Shown: positions 1 through 8,685 of the stretch, piece after piece
Position numbering within the stretch: the stretch's first letter is position 1
How the letters are laid out: each line of letters begins with the position of its first letter
Virus record (IMG/VR): IMGVR_UViG_2974670102_000001
Location: 1 to 64,000 of that record
DNA: 64,000 nucleotides
Strand: one strand, 5' to 3'
Origin: a virus
Taxonomy: Duplodnaviria; Caudoviricetes
Notes under the pieces: model-generated
Seen by the model: the letters and a program-made list of their open reading frames with translations, nothing else
Databases searched by the model: none
What the model was told of the DNA's origin: nothing
Program-made: the position numbers and the translations under genes

Positions 1-1
1 G

Positions 2-136
2 GTGCTCGAACTGGCGCTCGCAGAATTGCTTTTCGACAGCCATACCGCGCATGATCGTGTGGGCGAAGTGGCTGCAAAGTATGGCGTTTCTCCCTCTGAA
101 CTGGAGGAACTGCTGTTTAAGGCACTGGGCGACTAA
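2..136 (+). CDS. 3' end of a hypothetical protein with an HTH-like segment (partial)
   Basis: Open frame from the window edge: ...DRVGEVAAKYGVSPSELEELLFKALGD*; followed by RBS GAGGGG and the next gene. Confidence 0.55.
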   Translation: MLELALAELLFDSHTAHDRVGEVAAKYGVSPSELEELLFKALGD

Positions 137-147
137 CTGAGGGGTGT

Positions 148-336
148 ATGATGACCGTCAAGAAAAGCAAGCTTTGGAGTTTGCGCCGCGACCCGAAAAC
201 GGGCGTGCTCGATTGGAAACTGGAACAGGCAGTGACCGACGACCGGGCGGCCGAATGGCTGATTGAATACGCGATGCACGAACCGAAAATCGAGTTCCGC
301 GTAAGCCCTAAGAAACCGGCCAAACCCGCCAAATGA
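148..336 (+). CDS. hypothetical phage protein
   Basis: 62-aa ORF, RBS GAGGGG, tight packing. Confidence 0.7.
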   Translation: MMTVKKSKLWSLRRDPKTGVLDWKLEQAVTDDRAAEWLIEYAMHEPKIEFRVSPKKPAKPAK

Positions 337-342
337 GGGGAC

Positions 343-576
343 GTGATGAAAACTACCTACATCGGACAGACTAAGGTAATCGTTCGCGGTGCGCGTTACT
401 TCCGGTTGACGGACGCGAGCGCGGACGCGGCAACCAGTGCGGAATGGGCGGACGGCGTTCTAGCGCGCCCCGCCGTCATCTACCCGAACGGCCGTAACTC
501 GCACGAAGTAGCAGGGGAGATTCTGGAACGCGCAGAAGACACGCTAATCGATTACCTGCTAGTCGTAGGCCAGTAA
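343..576 (+). CDS. hypothetical phage protein
   Basis: 77-aa ORF, RBS GAGGGG after the previous stop; start could be ATG 346. Confidence 0.7.
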   Translation: MMKTTYIGQTKVIVRGARYFRLTDASADAATSAEWADGVLARPAVIYPNGRNSHEVAGEILERAEDTLIDYLLVVGQ

Positions 577-734
577 TTACACGCTTACACGTAGAAACGC
601 ACGAATCCACGCGATTTTGTGCGTTTTCTCGCATGTAATTGCGTTACACGCTCGCCCGTAATGGGCTAACGTGTAATTAATTACGTGTAAGTGTGGCGCT
701 GACACAACAGTCTGTAATTAATTACAGATTGTGC

Positions 735-763
735 TTGCGCTCGTCCGCGCAATCCTCTATAGT
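735..763 (+). promoter_or_regulatory. sigma70-like promoter
   Basis: TTGCGC-N17-TATAGT upstream of RBS AAGGAG and ORF 806. Confidence 0.55.
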
Positions 764-805
764 TGAGTCACTGGATAACGCAGCACAACTAAAGGAGTAA
801 GGATC

Positions 806-961
806 ATGGCAAAGACGAACCAAACGGGCTGGCGCGTCGCACTCGAAACGCGCTTTGGTCGCGGTAACGTGCGGGTGTCGGGCGAGTGGGTGGAAGTGAA
901 GGGCGAGAGCCGGGGCGGTAACATCGTGTGGCACAAGGCGGGGCGCGTCGATGCACTCTAA
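806..961 (+). CDS. small hypothetical protein (51 aa, below ORF-track cutoff)
   Basis: Hand-translated MAKTNQTGWRVALETRFGRGNVRV...AGRVDAL*; AAGGAG/AAGGA RBS; promoter upstream. Confidence 0.7.
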   Translation: MAKTNQTGWRVALETRFGRGNVRVSGEWVEVKGESRGGNIVWHKAGRVDAL

Positions 962-1080
962 GCCACGCGTAAAGCGCGCCGATTACGGCTACGCTGTTCT
1001 TTTCGATGGTGTACACCTGACGTTCCGCACATGGGAACGCGCGATCATGTACGCTGCACGTATCACGAAAGCTGTAAAAT

Positions 1081-1108
1081 AAGGGGCCCTAGCGGCCCCT
1101 TTTCTTTT
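1081..1108. terminator. intrinsic terminator between convergent units
   Basis: AAGGGGCC-CTAGC-GGCCCCTTTTCTTTT with an A-tract on the left. Confidence 0.75.
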
Positions 1109-1118
1109 GCGCGCTCGC

Positions 1119-1436
1119 TTACCAGTCGTGCAGGGCTGGCCCGTCCGCGTGCTCGATTTTCATCGGGGTTCCGGTCAGCTTCAACGCATGATCGAATTCA
1201 GCGAGTATCGCCATGACCGACGACAGCGGCGGATAGTCGTCATCCAGCAAGTTACCATTCTTGTCTGAGAACGAAGCACTACCCATACCCATGCAGAACG
1301 AAGCCGCACGGTTAGGGCCGCGCAGCACGCGCCGGGCTTCACGCTCTATCATGGTCAACGCGTGTTCCGTAGCCTGAGCTAACAGGCCGTCGATGACAGC
1401 CATACCAGACTTCACAACAGGGCTTGCCTTATACAT
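1119..1436 (-). CDS. hypothetical phage protein
   Basis: Start re-called at MYKASPVV with RBS GAAGGGG; 105 aa. Confidence 0.7.
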   Translation of the reverse strand: MYKASPVVKSGMAVIDGLLAQATEHALTMIEREARRVLRGPNRAASFCMGMGSASFSDKNGNLLDDDYPPLSSVMAILAEFDHALKLTGTPMKIEHADGPALHDW

Positions 1437-1578
1437 GGTGTTCCCCTTCGATGCCCGCGCGAACGCGGTATTTTTCACGTGCACGGGCCGCGCGTGCGTC
1501 CTGCGCCGTATTCCACAGGACGACGAGCGCGACGGCACCCGCCCCATAAACGATAAATGTCGCGACGATTTGCGCCAT
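1429..1578 (-). CDS. small membrane protein
   Basis: MAQIVATFIVYGAGAVALVVLW: one TM segment plus a basic tail. Confidence 0.55.
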   Translation of the reverse strand: MAQIVATFIVYGAGAVALVVLWNTAQDARAARAREKYRVRAGIEGEHHV

Positions 1579-1595
1579 GTTAGACGATCCGGTAA

Positions 1596-1736
1596 TTAGA
1601 TGCCGAGCACGGCACGGGCCGCCAAGATGACGCGCAACGATCCCGTTACGTGCCATCCTGCCGGGTCTTTCGCTTCAACGCGCGACGCGTCCGCGTTCGT
1701 GCGGTACGTGTAGCCGTTCAATTCAAACTCCGTCAT
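1596..1736 (-). CDS. small hypothetical protein (46 aa)
   Basis: Hand-translated MTEFELNGYTYRTNADASRVEAK...; RBS AAGGGG. Confidence 0.6.
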   Translation of the reverse strand: MTEFELNGYTYRTNADASRVEAKDPAGWHVTGSLRVILAARAVLGI

Positions 1737-1746
1737 TTGATGCCCC

Positions 1747-1929
1747 TTAGTCTGCGTTTTCATCGTCGCCCGTCACGTCGTCCAGCTTCTTTTGAAGGGC
1801 CGCGATTTGCTTCTGGATAGACGCCTTCAATCCCTTACCAGCCATGAGACCGGCCAGCCCGCCTATGTAGCTGCGCGGATCGTTTTCCAGCTTCTCAATG
1901 GCATCAATCAGTTCGTTGATGGTCATCAC
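1747..1929 (-). CDS. hypothetical coiled-coil protein
   Basis: 60-aa ORF, RBS AAGGGG, first gene after the promoter at ~1960-1985. Confidence 0.7.
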   Translation of the reverse strand: MMTINELIDAIEKLENDPRSYIGGLAGLMAGKGLKASIQKQIAALQKKLDDVTGDDENAD

Positions 1930-2071
1930 TGCCCCTTGCTTGTTGAATCGATGAGTGAATCATACACGATAAATAAGCCCGTCAACAATACCCGACCGAT
2001 ACTCGGGGTTATTATGCATGCGGGCCCGCGTGTGCTATGATTCGTACATCAACCAACTAAGCGAGTCAGAC

Positions 2072-2284
2072 ATGATCCTAGCAATGGTCAACGCAGCACG
2101 TCGCCGGGGTGGTAACGCTCAGGCAGTAGTGGCGAACGCGTATGAACGCGCATGCGAGTGGGTTGCGGATTGTGGCGGCGACGTGCGGGAATGGTTCGTG
2201 TATGAGGTGCGATGCGTGACCGATTTCGACGGCGCGGATCGTGAGACGTGCGATTGGCTCGCGCAACAATTACAGGAAATGTGA
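2072..2284 (+). CDS. hypothetical phage protein
   Basis: Start at MILAMVNAARR; extended -10 TGcTATGAT upstream. Confidence 0.65.
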   Translation: MILAMVNAARRRGGNAQAVVANAYERACEWVADCGGDVREWFVYEVRCVTDFDGADRETCDWLAQQLQEM

Positions 2285-2398
2285 ATGATCGTCGTTAAGG
2301 TAGTGTTGTGTGCATGGGTCGGATACTGCGCCTATGCAATGGCCCGCGATATCTGGCGCGAGTATGCGCCGCGTGCGCGCACGCGCAAGGGGGCTTAA
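2285..2398 (+). CDS. small membrane protein (37 aa)
   Basis: MIVVKVVLCAWVGYCAYAMARDIW...; fills the gap between two genes exactly. Confidence 0.5.
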   Translation: MIVVKVVLCAWVGYCAYAMARDIWREYAPRARTRKGA

Positions 2399-2400
2399 CC

Positions 2401-2688
2401 ATGGCTCGTTCACTGGTAGGAACAGCAGCAAAGGGCAAGGGCGAACCTGCACGCCCGGCCGCGCCGACCGAATGGGAAGTGTTCTGTAAAGTCTGGCGCG
2501 ATCACTTCGGGGATACGAGCCCGACGCGTGCTGCGTTCGACCTGTGGCAATTGTCGCGTAAGCGTGCACTCGGGCAGGCGGCGCGACTCCATAGCCAATG
2601 GGCGGGAATGTGCCCGGCAGGATCGGGCCGCGCCTACAATCATTCGCTGTATGCGAGCGCGATTACCGACCTATACAAGGATGAATAA
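2401..2688 (+). CDS. hypothetical phage protein
   Basis: Start MARSLVG with RBS AAGGGGG. Confidence 0.65.
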   Translation: MARSLVGTAAKGKGEPARPAAPTEWEVFCKVWRDHFGDTSPTRAAFDLWQLSRKRALGQAARLHSQWAGMCPAGSGRAYNHSLYASAITDLYKDE

Positions 2689-2866
2689 CATGCAGGTTAA
2701 GATACAGCCGACGACCGGGGGCCGCGTTCGTGTCGTCATCGCGAGCGGCTATCGTGCGGGCGCATTCGTGTGTCACGCCTCATCCGATTTCCCTGTCGTC
2801 TGGCCCGACGTAGACGCGGCTAAGACATGGTGCGCGATGACAGGCTATGAGGTAGTGGCACCATGA
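2681..2866 (+). CDS. hypothetical phage protein
   Basis: MNNMQVKIQP...; overlaps neighbouring stops and starts. Confidence 0.6.
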   Translation: MNNMQVKIQPTTGGRVRVVIASGYRAGAFVCHASSDFPVVWPDVDAAKTWCAMTGYEVVAP

Positions 2867-3093
2867 CCGCGCGCACGTCTAAGCCGGTCTCCGTACGCGT
2901 GAAGCGGAATATCTGGGGCAATTGGAACGCGTATGAAGGCGTGCACCATGTACGCGAGCTAGGCGCGTCCGAATTCATGGCCCGTGAATGGTTGCACGAA
3001 CGCATGTCACGCGGGGATTGCGTGCTGTCTCCATCGTCGGACGTGAACCAGACGGAGTTAGACGAGCACAGGCGGCGCGTGTACGGATCATGA
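2863..3093 (+). CDS. hypothetical protein; paralog of the N-terminal domain of 7667..8368
   Basis: ATGA coupling, RBS GAGGT; motif R.(K/R).N..GNW..Y.G shared. Confidence 0.7.
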   Translation: MTARTSKPVSVRVKRNIWGNWNAYEGVHHVRELGASEFMAREWLHERMSRGDCVLSPSSDVNQTELDEHRRRVYGS

Positions 3094-3094
3094 G

Positions 3095-3117
3095 AAAAGG
3101 GGCCTAGGCCCCCTTTC
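3095..3117. terminator. bidirectional intrinsic terminator
   Basis: AAAAGGGGCCTAGGCCCCTTT between convergent genes. Confidence 0.75.
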
Positions 3118-3123
3118 GTTCGT

Positions 3124-3318
3124 CTACAGCCCGATTGCGATAGCGTGTGCGGCCGCCCGCTTGTCATCGTCGCGTGTCCATACGTCCGGCCCCGTGTTGC
3201 GATAGATCGTGTTATAGGTGTCGAGCCCGAATTTATCGCCCATGTACCGGAACACGATCAATTCGCCCAGATCGCCCGCCCGTTCATGCACGGGCTTTGC
3301 TTTCACCTTGGCTTGCAT
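3124..3318 (-). CDS. hypothetical phage protein
   Basis: 64-aa ORF, RBS AAGGGGG. Confidence 0.65.
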   Translation of the reverse strand: MQAKVKAKPVHERAGDLGELIVFRYMGDKFGLDTYNTIYRNTGPDVWTRDDDKRAAAHAIAIGL

Positions 3319-3327
3319 AGAGCCCCC

Positions 3328-3537
3328 TTATCGAGCCCATGCGGCACGGGCGCGGGCCATCACTTCCGCTTCGTCGTAACCCATGACCGGGGCAATCCCG
3401 ACACGTGCGCATGCTGCACGCAACGCCTTGCGCTGTGCGCCCAGCGTGCTGCACATAGCGGGCACGACATGCCCCGCGTTCGTGAGTGCTATGCGGGTTT
3501 GTGCGATGTTCAGCGTGTTCGTTGCGATGCGGGCCAT
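3328..3537 (-). CDS. hypothetical phage protein
   Basis: 69-aa ORF, RBS GAAGGGG, directly after a promoter. Confidence 0.7.
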   Translation of the reverse strand: MARIATNTLNIAQTRIALTNAGHVVPAMCSTLGAQRKALRAACARVGIAPVMGYDEAEVMARARAAWAR

Positions 3538-3571
3538 GGTGTTCCCCTTCGGGTTTGTTGAACGTGCACAA

Positions 3572-3601
3572 ATGATAAAGGCCCCGATTGGGGCCTGTCA
3601 A
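3572..3601 (-). promoter_or_regulatory. sigma70-like early promoter with hairpin spacer
   Basis: TTGACA-GGCCCCAATCGGGGCCTT-TATCAT. Confidence 0.75.
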
Positions 3602-3624
3602 CAATACCTTAGTGAAATGCTGGG

Positions 3625-3801
3625 TTATACGCGTTCGACGTATTGCCCCGAACGATAGGCGCGCGTTTCCTCTACGCGCCCATAGAATTCCAGATCGAAC
3701 GTTACGATTCCGTTCGCGTCATAGACGAACAGGACAAGGGCCCGCGCCCCGTCGATTTTCAGCGTATCGCCCGCTTGCACGTCCCGCGCTCTTACTTGCA
3801 T
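3625..3801 (-). CDS. small beta-rich (SH3-like) hypothetical protein, 58 aa
   Basis: Hand-translated MQVRARDVQAGDTLKIDGARALVLFV...; RBS GAGGTG; stop lies inside a 27-bp element. Confidence 0.65.
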   Translation of the reverse strand: MQVRARDVQAGDTLKIDGARALVLFVYDANGIVTFDLEFYGRVEETRAYRSGQYVERV

Positions 3802-3847
3802 GGTGTATCACCTCTAGGTGAATGCGGGGCCGGGCGGCCCCGCATGG

Positions 3848-4492
3848 TTAGATATACTGGCGTTGCTTGTAGCTCAGGGGGCTTGCATACTTCGGGGCCG
3901 GGTCGAGCAGCCAAGTGCGGATTTGATCGGCGCAAGACTTGCGGAACGCAGACCGGAAATTACGCGTGCGCAGCAGCGTAACGCATGCCGGGTATTGATC
4001 GCCCATCGCATCACGCAGAGCCGCCACACGTTCGACCGCGCACCCGATTTCGGCCGCAAGCGCCGCATCGGCCGCCGCTTGCTCTGCTGCCTTGCGCGCG
4101 GCTTCCGCTTCGCGCTGGGCCTGTGCTTCCGCCGCACGCTGGGCTTTCCATGCTTCGTGCGCTGCCTGCACTTCGGGCGTCGCGTCCGGCTTAGAGCCGT
4201 AGCATGGATACGACCAGCCCCGAGTCGTCGCAAAGAGAATGTCTTCGCGACAGCCCTTTTCAGGGTTCCAGACGGCCATATACCAATCGGAATCATCGTA
4301 TCCGTTACGCTCGTAATCGAACAGGCAGAGACCTACATGCGACAGGCTAATGGTTACGTGATTCGATTCCGACATGGCACCGCCATTGTAGGCATACGAG
4401 TGTGCTTCGGCCGCGTCCGGATACCACGGCGTGTAATCGCCTTCCGCGCTGTACACCTTCCCGCCCTTTGCCTCAAGATTGATGATTGCCAT
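3848..4492 (-). CDS. hypothetical phage protein
   Basis: 214-aa ORF, RBS GGGG, ERNGYDDSDW motif, Ala-rich coil. Confidence 0.8.
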   Translation of the reverse strand: MAIINLEAKGGKVYSAEGDYTPWYPDAAEAHSYAYNGGAMSESNHVTISLSHVGLCLFDYERNGYDDSDWYMAVWNPEKGCREDILFATTRGWSYPCYGSKPDATPEVQAAHEAWKAQRAAEAQAQREAEAARKAAEQAAADAALAAEIGCAVERVAALRDAMGDQYPACVTLLRTRNFRSAFRKSCADQIRTWLLDPAPKYASPLSYKQRQYI

Positions 4493-4527
4493 TTCGTTCC
4501 CCGTCTGGGTTTGTTGAGCATGTACAA

Positions 4528-4556
4528 ATGATAGCGGCCCCGATTGGGGCCGTCAA
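4528..4556 (-). promoter_or_regulatory. sigma70-like early promoter with hairpin spacer
   Basis: TTGACG-GCCCCAATCGGGGCCGC-TATCAT. Confidence 0.75.
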
Positions 4557-4583
4557 CAATAACCCTTCACTTTATGGGGTTAT

Positions 4584-4787
4584 TCAGTAGGCGAGCAGAT
4601 CGCGCAGCGCATCGCGGTTTTTCGACATATGGTCGATGATCGCGAGCCGTTCGCGTAACCCGATATTGCGGAACGCGGGGCACCCGTCGAGCAGATCGCC
4701 CAGCAAACCGTCCCGATATTCGAGTGCCTTTTCCATGGTGTCGAATTGCTTGCCGCGCGTTACATAGACCCTCTTTTCTTCGATCAC
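4584..4787 (-). CDS. hypothetical phage protein
   Basis: 67 aa, GTG start, RBS AGGGGG. Confidence 0.7.
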   Translation of the reverse strand: MIEEKRVYVTRGKQFDTMEKALEYRDGLLGDLLDGCPAFRNIGLRERLAIIDHMSKNRDALRDLLAY

Positions 4788-4803
4788 GATAAATCCCCCT
4801 GTG

Positions 4804-4980
4804 TTATGCGAGCCAGACAGCCAGCGATGCGACGCTGGAAAGCGTGGTACGGGCCGAACGGTGCGCCTTGTGCCACGCAGCGCGAGCCGTGCGCGCCGGG
4901 TGCGCCCAGTTAGCGCGATCCGCGTAGAGTGCGCACGCCAGCTTATAGCGTTCGTCGCGCAATTGTTCGATAGTGTGCAT
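4804..4980 (-). CDS. small hypothetical protein (58 aa)
   Basis: Hand-translated MHTIEQLRDERYKLACALYADRANW...; RBS AAGGA. Confidence 0.6.
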   Translation of the reverse strand: MHTIEQLRDERYKLACALYADRANWAHPARTARAAWHKAHRSARTTLSSVASLAVWLA

Positions 4981-5026
4981 GATGGTGTTTCCTTGTGGCG
5001 GGGCGCACTGCGCCCCCCTGTCTGGT

Positions 5027-5245
5027 TTAGCTGCGATCCATGATGAAGCGCGAGACAGCGCGGGGCGTGTTCAGACGAACCGTTTCGTATTCCGTCCGGA
5101 CAGCCGCGCCGTTATAGACGCGCACGGGGTCTTGCACTTCGATAGAACCGTCCTGCATGGATGCGACCGTGTAGCCGTCACGTTCCAGAATTGCCACGTA
5201 GGGCTTCATTGCGTGGAACAGTTCGATTGCGTTAGCTTGTGGCAT
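5027..5245 (-). CDS. hypothetical phage protein
   Basis: 72 aa, RBS GGAG; follows promoter TTGACG-N17-CATAAT. Confidence 0.7.
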   Translation of the reverse strand: MPQANAIELFHAMKPYVAILERDGYTVASMQDGSIEVQDPVRVYNGAAVRTEYETVRLNTPRAVSRFIMDRS

Positions 5246-5336
5246 GGTGCTGACTCCGTGCGCTGCGTTGAAAGTGATTCCATTATGGGGCGTGTTCGAC
5301 GCCCCGTCAACAGTACCCGACTAAAACGCGGGGTCT

Positions 5337-5501
5337 TTAAACCGCTGCCAGTTCATCCGCCCGGAAGTGACCGCGCACGCCGTAGCGATTTTCGCAGACA
5401 ATGAACTCACCCTCGAAGCCGATAACGCGGATCGTTGCGGCATTGACGCCCGTAAGGATGCGAGCGCGAACAGCTTGATTGAGTGCGAATGCGTGTTTCA
5501 T
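5337..5501 (-). CDS. small hypothetical protein
   Basis: Start MKHAFALNQ, RBS AGGA; promoter TTGACG-N17-CATAAT at 5535-5563. Confidence 0.65.
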   Translation of the reverse strand: MKHAFALNQAVRARILTGVNAATIRVIGFEGEFIVCENRYGVRGHFRADELAAV

Positions 5502-5576
5502 TTCGTTGTCCTGATTGATTGAGGTATGGGCTAGATTATGACGGGGCTTTCTCACCACGTCAACACCTATTTTCGA

Positions 5577-5855
5577 TTATTCTGCGTCCGTGTCCGCTTG
5601 TTTGACGAGGTAGCCCCAGCCTTTGTAATCCGGATCGGTTTCCGCACGATAGAACCCTTCCGCCGCCAGTGCCGACAGGTGCCCGGCCCATTGGTTCGCG
5701 TTCATCACGTCGCGCACGCTGTCATACGCTGCATGCAGTTCGATTGCGCCGCTCTTATGTTCGCGTGCTTCGATCATGAGTGCCAGCTTTGCGCAGAGTG
5801 CCAGATTGCCCGCGCGCTTTGCGATCTTGAGGCAGTGACGAGCGACTTTCGACAT
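5577..5855 (-). CDS. hypothetical protein (possible winged helix)
   Basis: Start MSKVARH, RBS GGAG; QWAGHLSALAAEGFY helix. Confidence 0.65.
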   Translation of the reverse strand: MSKVARHCLKIAKRAGNLALCAKLALMIEAREHKSGAIELHAAYDSVRDVMNANQWAGHLSALAAEGFYRAETDPDYKGWGYLVKQADTDAE

Positions 5856-6002
5856 GATGAACTCCGGTTTCTGGTTAGCGGTTCGTCGTGAACCAATGAA
5901 CGTATAGTAACACGCGAAAAGGGGCGTGCGCAATAACCCTATTTTCTGTAGGGTTATTGCGTCACGCCCCCCCTGAAACGGAGTCGTTATTCTGTGCCCG
6001 TC

Positions 6003-6332
6003 TTAGGTAGCGAGCGCGAGCGCGAGCCGTGCACGTGTGCGCCAGTACGTAAGCGCGGGGCCTAGCTCGTCGGGCTGGCGCGGGCTCAGCACATACTGAT
6101 GCTGCTTATGCTCGTCGTGCAGCATCGCCCGCGCTGTATCGTCCCAAAGCTGGGAAAGTGCCTCTAGGCGTTCCACCTGCCGTATTGCATACTCGTAATC
6201 GCGCCGACGCTGGAGAGCCCTACGACGAGCCGCTACGTGTTTCCGGTCGAGTGCCGGGGCGTGCCCCGCCCCGATAGTACGGTCGAATATCGCGCCCAGT
6301 TCGGCCCGGCTCTTACCCGGATAATCAGCCAT
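6003..6332 (-). CDS. hypothetical phage protein
   Basis: 109 aa, RBS AGGGG, overlaps the upstream stop. Confidence 0.65.
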   Translation of the reverse strand: MADYPGKSRAELGAIFDRTIGAGHAPALDRKHVAARRRALQRRRDYEYAIRQVERLEALSQLWDDTARAMLHDEHKQHQYVLSPRQPDELGPALTYWRTRARLALALAT

Positions 6333-6618
6333 TTTCCGCCCCTTTCTCTACGTAATCGAGCCCTACAACGCAGCACGTGCGCGCGTCAACGATGCTATCG
6401 TCTTCGGCAAACGTGAATGCCGGGTGATCCGTATGCGGGTTGATCGTAACACCCGTAACCGTGTTGATGACTTCCCCGCCCCGGAATTTGTTGCCGCTGC
6501 GCTTGATGACGCGACGGCCGATAACTGCCGTGTAGTCGTCCGGATCGTCGCCCCATTCCGGGGTAATCTGGATTGCGCTGTACTTGCGCAGCAGCGCGCG
6601 TGTTTTCTTGTAGGCCAT
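6325..6618 (-). CDS. hypothetical phage protein
   Basis: 97 aa; K.SG.KF.GG..INTV.GV.INPHT..PAFTF motif. Confidence 0.7.
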   Translation of the reverse strand: MAYKKTRALLRKYSAIQITPEWGDDPDDYTAVIGRRVIKRSGNKFRGGEVINTVTGVTINPHTDHPAFTFAEDDSIVDARTCCVVGLDYVEKGAENG

Positions 6619-6627
6619 GCGCCGCCC

Positions 6628-7044
6628 TTACGCGTAGACGATGCGCCCGAGCGCCGCCGCCTGCATGATGACATCGGCCGTATCCGCATCGATGTGCGCC
6701 GTATCGCCTTCACGAATCGCGTGCAGGATCGCCGCCGCATAGTGCGGGGCCGCTTGTGCGTGGTCTGCCTTGTCGGTCATGTCCCCGAGCAACACCCGGC
6801 GCATGCCTTCCGCGATTTCGGCCGTCCCGATTTCGCACGTGCTCAGGGGTGTATCGCCGTCCCCGAACTCGTCCACGCGCAGGCGATCCGGATACGTGAT
6901 TTCGTGCTCGTCGGGTTCGGTGCGCTTCGTCACGTCGAATTCGCCCCAGTTCGGGGAGTAGCCCGTAATCGCCATATCGATGACTTCACGGCAGAATTGC
7001 GCGCTCACGTCGAGCGTAAGCGGAATCAAGTGGCTTTTGGTCAT
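6628..7044 (-). CDS. acidic hypothetical phage protein
   Basis: Start MTKSHL with RBS GGAG; C-terminal DADTADVIMQAAALGRIVYA. Confidence 0.75.
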   Translation of the reverse strand: MTKSHLIPLTLDVSAQFCREVIDMAITGYSPNWGEFDVTKRTEPDEHEITYPDRLRVDEFGDGDTPLSTCEIGTAEIAEGMRRVLLGDMTDKADHAQAAPHYAAAILHAIREGDTAHIDADTADVIMQAAALGRIVYA

Positions 7045-7078
7045 GATGTACTCCGGTTCGTTGCGTGGTATGTGGGTG

Positions 7079-7330
7079 TTACTGCGTGTCGCTGTCGTCG
7101 TGTTCCGTGCCGTCGTCGCCCGCGCTGTCGTCGTCTGCAAACTGCCCGAGCACGTAATCATTCGCGAGCCCGATAATCCGGTCTTCCGCGTCTTCCGCAT
7201 CCATGCCGTGCAGTTCGTCGGCCGTGAACAGGATAACCGCGTAGCCCCGCGCCTTCAGACCGCGCAGCATCGCGATTTCTTCGGGCGTCAGGTCGTTTTG
7301 TGCTGCGTTCGTGTTCGTTGCGTCGGTCAT
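7079..7330 (-). CDS. acidic hypothetical phage protein
   Basis: Start MTDATN; same CGGAGTACATC-ATGAC RBS block as at 7044. Confidence 0.7.
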   Translation of the reverse strand: MTDATNTNAAQNDLTPEEIAMLRGLKARGYAVILFTADELHGMDAEDAEDRIIGLANDYVLGQFADDDSAGDDGTEHDDSDTQ

Positions 7331-7382
7331 GATGTACTCCGTTATGTAATCGATGGGGGCCGCGCTAGGCCCCTTGGTTTGG

Positions 7383-7580
7383 TTACTGTGCCGCTTTCTT
7401 CGCCTTGTCTGCGGCCCGTGCACGTCGGCAATGTTCGCATTGCTCGCCCGGCTGTGCCGCATCAAAGAACGGGCCCGACACAAGGCCGTTAAGCGTGTCG
7501 CGCTTTTGATAGCCGCGCGCATAGCAAAGCGTCATCGTTGCGCCATTCTTGAATTTAGCTACCACGTGAAGCTTTGCCAT
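7383..7580 (-). CDS. hypothetical protein with CxxC
   Basis: Start MAKLHVV, RBS AGGGG; CEHC. Confidence 0.65.
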   Translation of the reverse strand: MAKLHVVAKFKNGATMTLCYARGYQKRDTLNGLVSGPFFDAAQPGEQCEHCRRARAADKAKKAAQ

Positions 7581-7666
7581 TTTGCGCCCCTGCGTTTCGT
7601 TGATCGATGGCTCTATTCTGGGGCCCGCGTTTCGGGCTGTCAACAATACCCGACTAAAACGCGGGG

Positions 7667-8368
7667 TTATTTGGTCGGATGCCGGTCGATACAGGCTTGC
7701 GCTGCCTCGTCTACCGTGTCGAACAGGCCCGAATCCTCAACCCAGAATCGCGCGCTGTAACGATAGTTGTCGCCGATAGGCTGAATCGCGAATCCCAGTT
7801 CACTGCACTGCGTAATCAGGCTCTGTGTATGCTGTTCGGCATCGCGCTTGCGTTGCACGTCGAAATGCGCGCGCATCAGTTCCCGAACGAGCCCGGTTCG
7901 CGCGCTGTCCATCGTCTGAAACGGGCCCGCGATGTTACGCTGTGCCGTTACGTCGAACACGTAGAAAGGCGCGTCGCGGCCGTCGCCCTGTAGCGTGCCA
8001 TCGTCGGCCGTGCCGTCGATTACCAGACAGTTACCGTCGGCCGTGTAGCCGGTGCGCGCTTCGTCCAGTTCGCGAGCCTTTGCGCTCGCGCGCTTAACGG
8101 CCGCCCATGCGGTCGGGGCGGGGGCTGCTGCATCTTCCGTCTTCGCGACCGGTTCGGCATCCACGCGCGGCTGATGGTAGCGGCTGACAGCTTCCGCAAC
8201 CTGTGCGGCGTCGATTTCCGACGCGGCGGACACCACGTGACCCTGTTCGATCAATTCGGCCATATAGCAGCAGACAGCCATTTCGCTATCGCCTTGCGGA
8301 TGCGCGGTGCGGCCGATGTAGACGATCCAGTTACCGTGCATGTTCTTGCGTGCGCGAATCAGGGACAT
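7667..8368 (-). CDS. multi-domain hypothetical protein
   Basis: 233 aa, RBS GGAG; stop inside a 27-bp element. Confidence 0.8.
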   Translation of the reverse strand: MSLIRARKNMHGNWIVYIGRTAHPQGDSEMAVCCYMAELIEQGHVVSAASEIDAAQVAEAVSRYHQPRVDAEPVAKTEDAAAPAPTAWAAVKRASAKARELDEARTGYTADGNCLVIDGTADDGTLQGDGRDAPFYVFDVTAQRNIAGPFQTMDSARTGLVRELMRAHFDVQRKRDAEQHTQSLITQCSELGFAIQPIGDNYRYSARFWVEDSGLFDTVDEAAQACIDRHPTK

Positions 8369-8458
8369 GATGCTAACTCCGTGTGTTGTGTGTCGATGTG
8401 TGTATTCTGGGGCCTATAGTCGGCCCCGTCAACTATTCCCGAGTAAATCACTCAGGTA

Positions 8459-8674
8459 TCACATAGTGCGTTGCCGTGTGTAGAGCACGCGGTTAATGTC
8501 GTCGCGGATGCACACACGATAGGGGCCGTCGCGTTCCACTATGTAGGCCCGCCACTTGTGAATTACGATCGTTCGCGCGCATCCATAGGTGATCATCTTG
8601 TGTTCACCTTCGTCCGCGATCATTTGCGCGTCCTCTTCCGCCAGCTTGGCGGGGCCGTCGTCGTTCGTGCTCAC
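8459..8674 (-). CDS. hypothetical phage protein
   Basis: GTG start (VSTNDDG) with RBS GGGGG. Confidence 0.55.
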   Translation of the reverse strand: MSTNDDGPAKLAEEDAQMIADEGEHKMITYGCARTIVIHKWRAYIVERDGPYRVCIRDDINRVLYTRQRTM

Positions 8675-8685
8675 GGTCGCCCCCG

